Of a stretch of 64,000 nucleotides of DNA, positions 21,551 through 31,151 are shown piece after piece. This DNA comes from an uncultured virus (IMG/VR IMGVR_UViG_2721755149_000018) (Duplodnaviria > Heunggongvirae > Uroviricota > Caudoviricetes): the IMG/VR virus record IMGVR_UViG_2721755149_000018, one strand, 5' to 3'. The number at the start of each line of letters is the position of its first letter. The first letter of the stretch is position 1. The notes under the pieces are model-generated. The model did not search any database. It worked only from the letters and a program-made list of their open reading frames with translations, and was not told the origin of the DNA. The translations under genes were made by a program, and so were the position numbers.

Positions 21551-22168
21551 ATGACCGGTAACACCTGGATGACCTCCGACCTCCACCTCGGACACGAGAA
21601 AGTCGCCCACCTCCGCGGATTCGCCACCGTAGACGAACACGACGCCGAAATCATCGGCAACCTCCACGCCCGCACACGATCCGGCGACCAACTCTGGATA
21701 CTCGGAGACATCTCCTCCGGCTCATCCACGGGGGAACGCCACGCACTCAAACTACTCGACGAGTACGCGGCAGCCCGCGGTGTCACCATGCACCTGATCA
21801 CAGGAAACCACGACAGCGTTAACCCGTACCATCGGGACTCGCACAAGCACTTCCGCGCCTTCACGGATGTGTTCACCACGGTCCAGCCGTTCGCCCGACG
21901 CAAGGTTGCCGGCACCTACGTGTGGTTGTCGCACTTTCCGTGGTTCGGCGGCGGGGATCGTGGGGATGTGGAGCGGCACAGTGAAGCACGTTTGCACGAT
22001 AACGGCCGCGATTTCCTGGTCCACGGACATCTGCACGGGGCATATGGGCGTTGGACTGGTGAACGGTCAATCGATGTTGGACTGGAGAACACAGGGTTGC
22101 GACCTCTCAATTGGTCGCATCTAGTCGAGATGATCAGCAAGAGAGCCGAGGAGTTGCGGAATGACTGA
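21551..22168 (+). CDS. calcineurin-like metallophosphoesterase
   Basis: SDLHLGH, LGD, GNHD, SHFP, HGHLH, DVG. Confidence 0.9.
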   Translation: MTGNTWMTSDLHLGHEKVAHLRGFATVDEHDAEIIGNLHARTRSGDQLWILGDISSGSSTGERHALKLLDEYAAARGVTMHLITGNHDSVNPYHRDSHKHFRAFTDVFTTVQPFARRKVAGTYVWLSHFPWFGGGDRGDVERHSEARLHDNGRDFLVHGHLHGAYGRWTGERSIDVGLENTGLRPLNWSHLVEMISKRAEELRND

Positions 22169-22541
22169 CATGGTCAACGCCCCCGACCATTATCGGGGCC
22201 ATGCTAGTGGCGTGGAGTGCATCGAGATCGCTGAGCACATGCCGTTCACGATCGGTTCGGCGTTCAAGTACGTGTACCGACGCAACGACAAGTGGAACAC
22301 GCTCGAGGACCTACGAAAATCGGCTTGGTATCTGCGTCGGCACATCGCTAGCGGACTCGACGACGTATGGACTGGCGGATGGAACGCTGTTCACGCCAGC
22401 AGTCAACTACTCAAGGTCATTACGCATGAGCCTGCCGGTGACGTGCGAATCTTCTATAGTTCGATACTGGCTAACGATCCACGAGCAGCGTTGGCGGCTA
22501 TTGAACGCGAGATCGCCCGTGTAGAGGCGATTGCGTCATGA
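22161..22541 (+). CDS. DUF3310-family protein
   Basis: DMVNAPDHY...ECIE...F.IG.AFKY..R...K....EDLRKSAWYL. Confidence 0.85.
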   Translation: MTDMVNAPDHYRGHASGVECIEIAEHMPFTIGSAFKYVYRRNDKWNTLEDLRKSAWYLRRHIASGLDDVWTGGWNAVHASSQLLKVITHEPAGDVRIFYSSILANDPRAALAAIEREIARVEAIAS

Positions 22542-22713
22542 CCTCGGCGCGGTTGTCTCGCAGCATCATGCTCGCCCAATCCACGAATGTCTTCGATCTT
22601 CAGGACATTCGCGCCATCATCGAAGAAACCTACGATTGGCCGATCGGCCCACACTTCACGGTGGAGCAGTTCGCGGACGGCTCGACCACCATCACCATCA
22701 CCCAAGGAGACAA

Positions 22714-23415
22714 GTGACAGACATCCAGTTCACGTCCAACATCGACGTGGAACTCCTCAAGACCGACTTCTCGGATGAGTGGCCGATCATCGCTGCGCGC
22801 ACGTCCACGAAGGGCGCCGGCGCGGGCTCGAATGCTGGCGCTGGGTTGGTGAATGCTCTGGTGCGGGATCATCATGGTGTGCCGTTTGAGATTATGACGG
22901 CGACGTGGCGGATTCGGGTGCCGGTGTTTGTGCAGCGGCAGTTGGTGAAGCATCGCGCTGGGGTGTCGGTGTCGGAGGAGTCTGGGCGCTATCGGGAGTT
23001 GGAACCGCTGTTCTATGTGCCCGCGGATGATCGTCCTGTGGCGCAGGTCGGTCGACCTATGGAGTACAACCTGGTTTCGGGTGACGATATGCAGAAGCAT
23101 CTTGTGTCTGAGCAGCTGCGCCAGATGTCGATTCGTGCGTACATGTCGTACAAGGACATGATTGATCGTGGTGTGACCCGTGAGCTTGCGCGGGCTGTGC
23201 TGCCTCTGAATTGGGTGACGACGGCTGTGATCACCATGAATGCCCGGAGCCTGATGCACTTCCTGTCGCTGCGTACGTCGAAGCCTGGGGCTGTGTTGGT
23301 GTCGCATCCGCAGTACGAGATTGAGGCGTTGGCGGATCGGTTCGAGGAGACGTTGCGGGAGTTTGCGCCGTTGACACACGCAGCGTTTGAGCGCCACGGG
23401 CGTCAGGCTCCGTAG
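22714..23415 (+). CDS. thyX: FAD-dependent thymidylate synthase
   Basis: H.VPFE, QLVKHRAGVSVSEESGRY, RELARAVLP, NARSLMHFLSLR, QYEI. Confidence 0.92.
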   Translation: MTDIQFTSNIDVELLKTDFSDEWPIIAARTSTKGAGAGSNAGAGLVNALVRDHHGVPFEIMTATWRIRVPVFVQRQLVKHRAGVSVSEESGRYRELEPLFYVPADDRPVAQVGRPMEYNLVSGDDMQKHLVSEQLRQMSIRAYMSYKDMIDRGVTRELARAVLPLNWVTTAVITMNARSLMHFLSLRTSKPGAVLVSHPQYEIEALADRFEETLREFAPLTHAAFERHGRQAP

Positions 23416-23649
23416 TGTGGGCGAGGGCGGTGTGGCGGCCGGGTGACATCGCCCTCGAACCCTGCACGAGTCTGTCGGATGTGGTTTGGCGGTGTGGTCA
23501 GGCGGGTGGGGTGCCGTACGTGCGGTGTGAGGCGCTACAGGCGTGGGTGAAGTTGGCGCCTACTGATGTGGAGCTTGTGGTGGCGTTGGATCAGGATGAT
23601 GGGTATCCGGTGCGGATACCGGATGCGCGCCGGCGTTGGGAGTGAGTGG

Positions 23650-23673
23650 GGCCCCTGCCTTCGGGTGGGGGCC
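23650..23673 (+). terminator. hairpin with UUCG loop upstream of promoter
   Basis: GGCCCCTGCC-TTCG-GGTGGGGCC then TTCT. Confidence 0.6.
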
Positions 23674-23692
23674 TTCTCGCATGTCCAGGGTG

Positions 23693-23731
23693 TTGACCAT
23701 GCACGCATTGAGTGTTACGGTGTACCTACAC
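23693..23731 (+). promoter_or_regulatory. promoter with GTGTACCTACAC operator
   Basis: TTGACC-N17-TACGGT; operator 23720-23731. Confidence 0.75.
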
Positions 23732-23749
23732 AACGACGGAAGGAACACC

Positions 23750-23905
23750 ATGAACCAGCTTGCCAGCCTCCGCACCGACCTGAAGATCGTCGACAGCGAG
23801 ATCGCCAACCCTCCCGCCTACATCCGCGACATCAACGACCTGCACCGCGTGCGCCGCAGCCTCGTCCGCAAGATCGCGAAGCTCGAAGCCAACCTCGCCG
23901 CCTGA
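23750..23905 (+). CDS. small coiled-coil protein (51 aa)
   Basis: GAAGGA RBS; first gene after operator promoter. Confidence 0.7.
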   Translation: MNQLASLRTDLKIVDSEIANPPAYIRDINDLHRVRRSLVRKIAKLEANLAA

Positions 23906-25266
23906 AAGGTTCTGCCATGACCCCGATCTACGACCTTCTCCTCGAACTCCTCGACATGCGCGGCCTCCTCCACCCCGACAACATCTAACCCGCTGCGACC
24001 GGAAGGCGACACCATGAACACCACAAGCCGTCACCGTCTCGACCGCGACACGAACCCGCAAGGCATCTCGGTGCTCGCCATCGCTCGGGATCTGTCGATG
24101 GATCACGTCGACCGCGACTACACCGAACTCCGTGTGCATCTGATCGCGCTACGCCAGAACGACGGGCAGGACACGACGTTCGAGTGGGTGCAGGAGTTGA
24201 ACCTGCGGGAGTGGATCAACACGCAGCGCACGACGTTTACGGCTGCGTGACACGGCTACGACACACCTGGATAGGAAACGACATGAACGAACGAGACGAA
24301 CTCGCCGAGATCGACGCCGAGCACGCTAACCCCGCCTACCAGGTGGTTGTTGTCAACGGCGACATGCGCGCCACCTGGCGGTGCAGGTGCGGCTGGGCAA
24401 CCGAAACCAAGGGCATCGACTGGAGTGAACACCAGAAGCACACGGCCGACGCTATCCTCGCTGCCGGATACTCCCGTGACCACTCCCACGAGTACGACAT
24501 GCTGGAACGCCACTACGCCGCTGTCGAGGCGGAACGCGACCAGTTCCACGAGCTATATAACGATGTGGCGGAGGAGAACCGGCGGTTGCGGGCGGCGTTG
24601 GCGGAGATTCGGGCGGTGGCGGAGCATGCGGACCTGCAGTGCGGTTCCATCGACCCAACGGATTTGATCGCAGCACTCACAAAGGACAACGCATGAAACT
24701 GTTCCGTGGAGACCCGAGGGCGGCCCGAATGGCTGAACTGGAGGCGGAGAACCGTGAACTCCGCGCCAAGATCGCCAGAGTCCGCGAAGTTGCCGATGAT
24801 CTCAAGTCGGTTGGCGACTTGGAGATGCCTGCGCGCGAACCGGCAGCTCTCATCCGATCCGCATTGGACGGTGACGCGCTGTGATCCACGATGAGGATGC
24901 GCTCGTAACCAGCAAAGGACAACGCATGAACAACGACCTGATCACAGAAGTCCGGCGCCTCCTCCCTGTCGCGTGGGACGGGCACCCCGTAGAATGGGGC
25001 GAGTTCACGGCAGACCCGTTCATGTGCCAGGTAAACATGGACGGCACTTCTGAAGTCGTTCCCCCGGAACTCTGCTGGCACTGCGGTGTCCGCGCCGAAC
25101 GTGTCACCACCGAGGGTCGCGTCGCCATACCGAACTGGCCGTACCGGCTGATCCTTCGCCGCTGCACCCGATGCGGTCACGACCAGGTGCGCAACCCCTT
25201 GACAGAGCAGGAGTGGGAGCTCAACGAAAGCGACTACGGGCCGAACGGGTCCTGGGAGGACGCATC

Positions 25267-25578
25267 ATGACACCCGATCAGATCAGTGAGGGCTGGCGCC
25301 TGCTCGACGCAGCCACACCCGGACCGTGGGACATCCACCCATCGGAGCGAACCCCTGCTCTCACGGCAATTGCTATCCCGGGATCGATGCATCCTGTCGC
25401 CGAGCCGGCCGACGCTGAGTTGATCGTGTGGGCGCGGAACAACCTGCCCGCACTACTAGACCGGCTCGAAGTGGCGTTGACGAAGTTGACCAGGGTTGAA
25501 CTTGCGCTCGATTCTGCGCACGGAGACATGGTGTATGTGGACGACATTCAGGCAGCAATGGACGGTGGCGCACTGTGA
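25267..25578 (+). CDS. Ead/Ea22-like protein, paralog of 15099 ORF
   Basis: DAATPGPW...LIVWARNNLPALLDRL. Confidence 0.65.
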   Translation: MTPDQISEGWRLLDAATPGPWDIHPSERTPALTAIAIPGSMHPVAEPADAELIVWARNNLPALLDRLEVALTKLTRVELALDSAHGDMVYVDDIQAAMDGGAL

Positions 25579-26125
25579 TCCACGGTGATGATGCTCTGGA
25601 TGCCCTGCGGGTGGCGAAGCGGAAGCACACTCCAGAGGCTGCGCTACAGGCCCTCGAAGCCCAAGGTTGGATGCTGATTCCTGCCGCGCCGGTGGATCAG
25701 CAGCAGGATGGGTGGCAGCGGTTCGATGGGTTGGTGGACAACGTGTTCGCCAGCGATGACGGTGTGGTGGATGTGGGTTTATATGACGACATGACGGTGT
25801 CGGAGGCGTGGTTGTTCGGGCGGGCAATTCTGTCCGCTGTACGGGCCATTCAGGGCACGGTATGACGGCGCCTGCACGCTTAGGACTCGAGATTGCACCG
25901 GAATCGGCGCATAATGCGGGTTACGCATCCCACGGCACGCTTTGGAGGAATCATGCAGCACCGCGAATTGGCTAGATTCATCGCCGACACACTCGCCATC
26001 GACGAGACCGGAATGGAAAGTTACGTCGATGCGAACAGCCTGGACTATGCCGCTATCGATGGCAGGTTCGATCTGTGCGCCCTCGCCCAAGCCATCCTCA
26101 CCAGATACCCACCCAAGGAACCCGA

Positions 26126-26731
26126 ATGAAAACCAACCGCATCCCCGAAAAGCAAAGCCGCGCAATATCCCAAGCGCTCCGCGACCTCACCGAAGCAATC
26201 TGCAACGCCACCGGACAACCCGAAGCCCTCGGATTCCTCGGCGGCGAACACGGCTACGGCGCCGAATACGAAAGCGACGTGTTCAACATGATGCCGTTCT
26301 ACTGGGGCGACTGCACCTGCGGATGGGAAGATCGCTACAACGAATGGCTCGACAACAACCCACATAGCGACGAGTGCTACCAGTCTGAGCTGACCAGGCG
26401 CGGCTATCTCAACATCCCCGGCTACGACGACTACAACGCGAACCTGCCCGATGATGACGACGACCTCCCGTACAAGCTCGCGCAGGAATGGGGATTGTCT
26501 GATCGTGGGTGTGCGGTTCACTGCACGTGTGGACGCGACGCCAGGTCTATGGAATGGGAAGTGCAGAACCCGCACCCGGCGGCCTGCCCAGTAGAGGCCC
26601 CGAACTTCCATTACAAGCCGTCGGGGACGATGGTGTGTTGGTACAAGTACATCGGTCGCGGTATGGCATGGAACGGTTCCCCGCTGCCGAAGGGGTGGCT
26701 GGATGAGTGCTTGAAGGTGGTGTCGGCATGA
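26126..26731 (+). CDS. conserved Cys-containing phage protein
   Basis: AAGGA RBS; PFYWGDCTCG ... PNFHYKP...WYKYIGRGM. Confidence 0.7.
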   Translation: MKTNRIPEKQSRAISQALRDLTEAICNATGQPEALGFLGGEHGYGAEYESDVFNMMPFYWGDCTCGWEDRYNEWLDNNPHSDECYQSELTRRGYLNIPGYDDYNANLPDDDDDLPYKLAQEWGLSDRGCAVHCTCGRDARSMEWEVQNPHPAACPVEAPNFHYKPSGTMVCWYKYIGRGMAWNGSPLPKGWLDECLKVVSA

Positions 26732-26868
26732 AAACCCCACTCCGCAACGTGCGTGTACCCGACGAACTCTGGGACGCCGCCCGGGAGCGCGCCGAAGCTG
26801 AGGGCCGGCACGTGTCCGATGTGGTGCGTGAAGCCCTCCACCGCTACGCCAAAGGAAAGAAGAGATGA
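26728..26868 (+). CDS. ribbon-helix-helix DNA-binding protein (46 aa, not in ORF track)
   Basis: MKTPLRNVRVPDELWDAARERAEAEGRHVSDVVREALHRY; ATGA coupling on both sides. Confidence 0.85.
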   Translation: MKTPLRNVRVPDELWDAARERAEAEGRHVSDVVREALHRYAKGKKR

Positions 26869-27215
26869 ACATCGTCGACTTCATCACCGCACGACTCAAC
26901 GACGACGCGGACGAGGCGCATAAGGCTGAGGCTGCGCGCGAAGATGAGCTATGGGTCGTGACCGGATCAGACAACGCAGTTGGAATCGACTACTTCCCCG
27001 CCCGAATACTGCGCGAGGTCCGCGCCAAGCGCGAGATCCTGGCGGAGCATGGGGACAACGAAGGCCAGTGCGCCCGCTGCCTGGACGATGACGGGGTGTT
27101 GACGGAGGACGGTAGGACGATCGCCTATACGCAGCCGTGGCCGTGTCGGACGATTCGTGCGTTGGCGAGCGTGTATGTGGATCACCCGGATTTCGTCGCG
27201 GAGTGGCGTGTCTAG
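26865..27215 (+). CDS. DUF6221-like protein
   Basis: FITARL...PARILREV.AKR.IL...PC.TIRALASVY.DHPD. Confidence 0.7.
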   Translation: MNIVDFITARLNDDADEAHKAEAAREDELWVVTGSDNAVGIDYFPARILREVRAKREILAEHGDNEGQCARCLDDDGVLTEDGRTIAYTQPWPCRTIRALASVYVDHPDFVAEWRV

Positions 27216-27301
27216 CGGCCTGTAACGGTGTCGTGTGTTGCCCCGGTTGCCTGTTGGTGGCCGGGGCGTCGCGCTGTTCGGGGCTGTTTTGGTGTTGGGG
27301 G

Positions 27302-27341
27302 TTGCGGTGTACCTACATCATTTGTTACGGTGTACCCACAC
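27302..27341 (+). promoter_or_regulatory. promoter with two operators
   Basis: TTGCGG-N18-TACGGT; operators at 27307 and 27330. Confidence 0.75.
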
Positions 27342-27364
27342 ACCGAGAACGAAGGAGCCACCAA

Positions 27365-27628
27365 ATGCAGACCATCACCATCGGCAAGAGCGAGTACATC
27401 CTCACCATCGAGAACACCGCCGACTGCTACGGCAAGCCCTTCGAGTACGTGAGCCTCACCGGTAAGCGCGGCGCCGAATACCATGTTGTTCCCGCCAGCC
27501 TCACCAAGGACAACGGCCTGTACCGCGCCTACAGCTTCGGATCGTTCCGCGACATCATCAGCCCGAAGACCGGACGCCCCGCCATCCTGCACCGCGACGC
27601 AGACAACTTCTTCACCTGGGTCAAGTAA
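27365..27628 (+). CDS. small hypothetical protein in promoter-terminator cassette
   Basis: GAAGGAG RBS; hairpins at ~27240-27268 and 27639-27668. Confidence 0.75.
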   Translation: MQTITIGKSEYILTIENTADCYGKPFEYVSLTGKRGAEYHVVPASLTKDNGLYRAYSFGSFRDIISPKTGRPAILHRDADNFFTWVK

Positions 27629-27694
27629 CCCGCCCGGTTTGCCCGCCAGCTTCCACAGTGGCGGGCAATCGCATCTCTACCGACAGGAGACACC

Positions 27695-28069
27695 ATGAGC
27701 ACCAACACCGCCCCGTATGGCTTCAGCGACGTGACGATCAGGCCGAAACAGTGGATGCACCTCGCTACCGCAGACCCCGACCGGGATGCACTGGAGGCGC
27801 TGCGGGCGGTTATGAGGGCGTGGATCGAGCAGCAGCGGTACATCATCGATGTCGATTCGCTCACGGGGCGCCCGATGCAGCCTCTCGCCTATGCGTTGCA
27901 TCACGCGCTCGAAGCTGAGGACGTGGAGGCGGCTAGGGCTGCGATCGTGGAGGCGGATGGGAATCCGGTGTGGCGTAAGTGTGCGCGCCGGCACATGCTG
28001 GTGGCGGCTGCGAATGGTAGTCGGTGGGAGTACGGCGACCCGGCGCCTGTGTACGAGTGGGTGGAGTGA
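27695..28069 (+). CDS. hypothetical protein
   Basis: AGGAG RBS. Confidence 0.65.
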   Translation: MSTNTAPYGFSDVTIRPKQWMHLATADPDRDALEALRAVMRAWIEQQRYIIDVDSLTGRPMQPLAYALHHALEAEDVEAARAAIVEADGNPVWRKCARRHMLVAAANGSRWEYGDPAPVYEWVE

Positions 28070-28087
28070 GGGAATCCGCTCGAACAG

Positions 28088-28127
28088 TTGACGTGTACCC
28101 ACACTGAGGGTTAAGGTGTAGGTACAC
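28088..28127 (+). promoter_or_regulatory. promoter with two operators
   Basis: TTGACG-N18-TAAGGT; operators at 28093 and 28116. Confidence 0.78.
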
Positions 28128-28147
28128 AACGACGAAGGAGCCCCCAA

Positions 28148-28372
28148 ATGAGCCAGCACGAAACCGCAGTCGCATTCCACGCACTCAAGACCCGCCCCGA
28201 GTGGGGAATCGCAATCATCCGCAACACATACCGCAGCGAAGCCTTCTACGTCGCCCGGGTCAATCCCCAGAATCGATACCTCAAGATCAGCGAAGTGTTC
28301 ACGACCGAAGCGGAGGCCCGGTCGGCAGCCAACCGCGAATGGCTCGCAGACAACAACGCCTGCGCAGCCTGA
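28148..28372 (+). CDS. small hypothetical protein in promoter-terminator cassette
   Basis: GAAGGAG RBS; hairpin ~28388-28410. Confidence 0.75.
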   Translation: MSQHETAVAFHALKTRPEWGIAIIRNTYRSEAFYVARVNPQNRYLKISEVFTTEAEARSAANREWLADNNACAA

Positions 28373-28594
28373 CCCAACGCCCCCGGAGCCCCTGCCTGAT
28401 GGTGGGGGCTTCGTGCTGTCCGGGGCGGGTTTAGGTCTCGACCGGGACCGATTGTGCGCGTGTCGGTGTGTTGCGGTACACACGAACTGGCTGTGCGGAT
28501 ATAGTTGCACCAACTACCGTAAAGGTGTACAGTAAACGCATACACGGAAGGCCAGGAATGCGGCCCTACGTGGAACACACAGGAGACTTCAACC

Positions 28595-29278
28595 GTGACC
28601 TCAACTGAGCTTATATCGGCGTCGGACGCACGCCGAATCACTGACCAAATCAAGGCCGGAGTGGAGGCTGTATGGCACCTAGTAGAGCAGGCGTACACGT
28701 CCCGTGCGTGGTCCGCGCTTGGCTACAGATCATGGGATGACTACTGCACTCGCGAGTTCGGGACGTCGCGACTGCGCCTCCCTCGCGAGGAACGTCAGGA
28801 GGTTGTCGCGTCGCTGCGGGAATCTGGGTTATCGACACGTGCGATCGCTTCTGCGACGGGCCTCGCCCGAAACACGGTTGCTAAAGAACTGGCTCAAATT
28901 GAGCCAGTAGCCGACCAGGAAATTACCGGCATGAACGGCAAGACGTACACCCCGAAGCCGAACATCTCACCAAACGAACACATCGCGCCCGGACTCACTG
29001 CCCGCCAGCTCGAAAAGATCGCCACACAATCACAGCAACCGAAATCCAACACCCACACACTACCAATGGCAAAGCGACCACCACTAACAGGGCAGGCCCG
29101 CGACATCGCCCACGAACTCCGCAAACTCGCCGAACGAATCGACAAGCTCACGTCGGACGACAGGCTGGAATCCAACCGTGAACAGATACGCACGTTCCTA
29201 CAAGCCGCCCTAGAGGACACGATCTACGCATCCATGCAAGCCCTCGAAACACTCACCGCAACAGGAGATAACAAGTGA
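28595..29278 (+). CDS. HTH DNA-binding protein
   Basis: AW.ALGY.SW..YC..EF; GLSTRAIASATGLARNTV; promoter TTGCAC-N17-TACAGT. Confidence 0.75.
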   Translation: MTSTELISASDARRITDQIKAGVEAVWHLVEQAYTSRAWSALGYRSWDDYCTREFGTSRLRLPREERQEVVASLRESGLSTRAIASATGLARNTVAKELAQIEPVADQEITGMNGKTYTPKPNISPNEHIAPGLTARQLEKIATQSQQPKSNTHTLPMAKRPPLTGQARDIAHELRKLAERIDKLTSDDRLESNREQIRTFLQAALEDTIYASMQALETLTATGDNK

Positions 29279-30066
29279 CCGCTCTCAACGTTTCCGTCGA
29301 AGCCATCAACCCGAAGATCGCAGAAGAGTACCTTCGATTCAACTCGGCAACGAACCGGCGGGGAAACCAGACCCGCCTCAAGCAGCTCATCTCCGACATG
29401 AAGAACGGGCGGTTCATCGAGAACGGTGACACCATCCGTTTCGACCACACTGGTCGACTGATCGACGGACAGCACCGTCTTCTGGCGATTCTCGCCACCG
29501 GAGTTACCGCAACGATGGTTGTCGTTCGCGGCCTCGAAGCGGAAGCCATGCGCACTATCGACACGGGACAGGCACGAACCGCCGCTCAGCTCCTCAAGAT
29601 CACAGGAGGGGCCGAATCGAATCACGCCACCCTCGCCGCCATCGCTCGGGCGGTCATCATGTACCGCGATGACCAACTGAGTCCGTCGAAGCCGGAGATT
29701 GTCGAGTTCGTTTCCCGCCACGAGGATGAACTCCAGGCGGCAGCCCACATTTCCAAGCCAGCCGCAAAGCTGTACGGCGGAGCCATCGGGGCTTACGGTT
29801 CCGCCGCGTACATCCTCCAGGATGTCAGTGCAGCGGATACCCGCGAGTTCTTCACTGCGTTGGTGGAAGGCGCCGGTCTCGCTCCTGGCAACCCTGTGCT
29901 GGCGCTGCGCAACTTTCTCACCTCTTCGAAGCCGCTCAAGGCGTCATCGAAGTACGCACTTCTCGACAGCCTGAACCCGATCTTCAAGTCGTGGAACAAG
30001 TGGCGGACGGGGGAGAGTCTGCGTCGCGTCGCAGTGAAGTCGACCAGCTTCACGGAACCCATCTAA
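29275..30066 (+). CDS. ParB-like (DGQHR motif) protein
   Basis: NRR....L..DMKNG.F..NGDTI.FD..G.LIDGQHRL.AI. Confidence 0.75.
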   Translation: MTALNVSVEAINPKIAEEYLRFNSATNRRGNQTRLKQLISDMKNGRFIENGDTIRFDHTGRLIDGQHRLLAILATGVTATMVVVRGLEAEAMRTIDTGQARTAAQLLKITGGAESNHATLAAIARAVIMYRDDQLSPSKPEIVEFVSRHEDELQAAAHISKPAAKLYGGAIGAYGSAAYILQDVSAADTREFFTALVEGAGLAPGNPVLALRNFLTSSKPLKASSKYALLDSLNPIFKSWNKWRTGESLRRVAVKSTSFTEPI

Positions 30067-30146
30067 TACACAGAGACGGGTCCGGGGCGCACCGTACGTG
30101 CCCCGGACCCGTTCCAGTTCACCATAACACTTGAAGGATGATTCGA

Positions 30147-30404
30147 ATGACTGGGACTAGCTACAACGGCAACGCGAAGCCGTACCTCATGGACCGCCTG
30201 CACCGCCTCCACCCCGAACTCCACGCCAGGGTGGTCGCCGGCGAACTCACCGCCCATGCCGCAGCGGTAGAGGCCGGGTGGCGACCGAAGACCGTGAGCA
30301 TGCGTGTCGATGATCCACGGAAGCTGTCGGAGGCGATCCGCCGGCACGTGAAGCCTGAGGATGTTGCGGAGTTGGCGCGGATACTCGCCGCCGACGCTGC
30401 CTGA
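30147..30404 (+). CDS. small helical protein (start uncertain)
   Basis: RL....PEL...V.AGELTAHAAAVEAGWR. Confidence 0.6.
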   Translation: MTGTSYNGNAKPYLMDRLHRLHPELHARVVAGELTAHAAAVEAGWRPKTVSMRVDDPRKLSEAIRRHVKPEDVAELARILAADAA

Positions 30405-30414
30405 CAGAAAGTAG

Positions 30415-30447
30415 ATGCCCCGACCTGGTGTTCCGGGTCGGGGCATC
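30415..30447. terminator. likely bidirectional terminator between convergent genes
   Basis: GATGCCCCGACC...GGTCGGGGCATC. Confidence 0.65.
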
Positions 30448-30464
30448 GCTGTATCACTGTCTTG

Positions 30465-30788
30465 CTACTGAGGCTCGGGCGGTAATGCGATAGCCCCGAC
30501 GTCGAACTTCTGCCGCTTCGTGTACGAACCCTCACGCTTGAGCGTCTCGGTTTCCGCTGGATCTAGGCCCGACTCCTCTGCCGCAATCAGCGCAAAAGCT
30601 AGGGTGTCGGACAACTTGCGCATGTCCTCTGGCCTGATGTCGACTGGGCTGCCAGATAGTCCGGTCACCCGGATAGCGGTGATGCCGTCTGTTCGCTCGA
30701 CCCTGTCGATTGAGATGGTTGTGCCGTCGTCAAGGGAATGACTGCTGATGTGTTTGATGATGTTCGCCACTTGGCGATTGTGGCACAT
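30465..30788 (-). CDS. leftward hypothetical protein
   Basis: Best ORF filling the gap; convergent on the terminator. Confidence 0.55.
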   Translation of the reverse strand: MCHNRQVANIIKHISSHSLDDGTTISIDRVERTDGITAIRVTGLSGSPVDIRPEDMRKLSDTLAFALIAAEESGLDPAETETLKREGSYTKRQKFDVGAIALPPEPQ

Positions 30789-31151
30789 GCCCCCGATTCC
30801 TACGCAGAGTCGGGGCGCCTGTAGTTACACAACAGTGTAGGCAACCAGTATAATAAGTGTTGGTATGAGACGACTCTAGGAGACGCCGTGGACAACACAA
30901 TCCCCACCCGCATAGCAGTGCTCAAGTGCACCTGCCCCATGTGCGGGCGCCCCGACACGGCGCTCCGCGGAGACTGGTCCGCCTACACCCACAAGAACCC
31001 TTTCACTGGCGAGCAGTGCCACGGACCCGACCCAGAGTGGCTGTTCACCAGCCGACTCCGCATGAACGGACTCGATGTGCGCCCAGACGCCACACAGAGG
31101 CTCCGCAAGACTGCCCGCGCCAACTAGTCCACATCGACGCCAGGAACACGC

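Noticed and set aside
6502..28127. GTGTACCCACAC copies as a CRISPR array or att sites
   Set aside because: Copies are 12 bp, dispersed and tied to promoter elements; no regular spacers, cas genes or integrase seen
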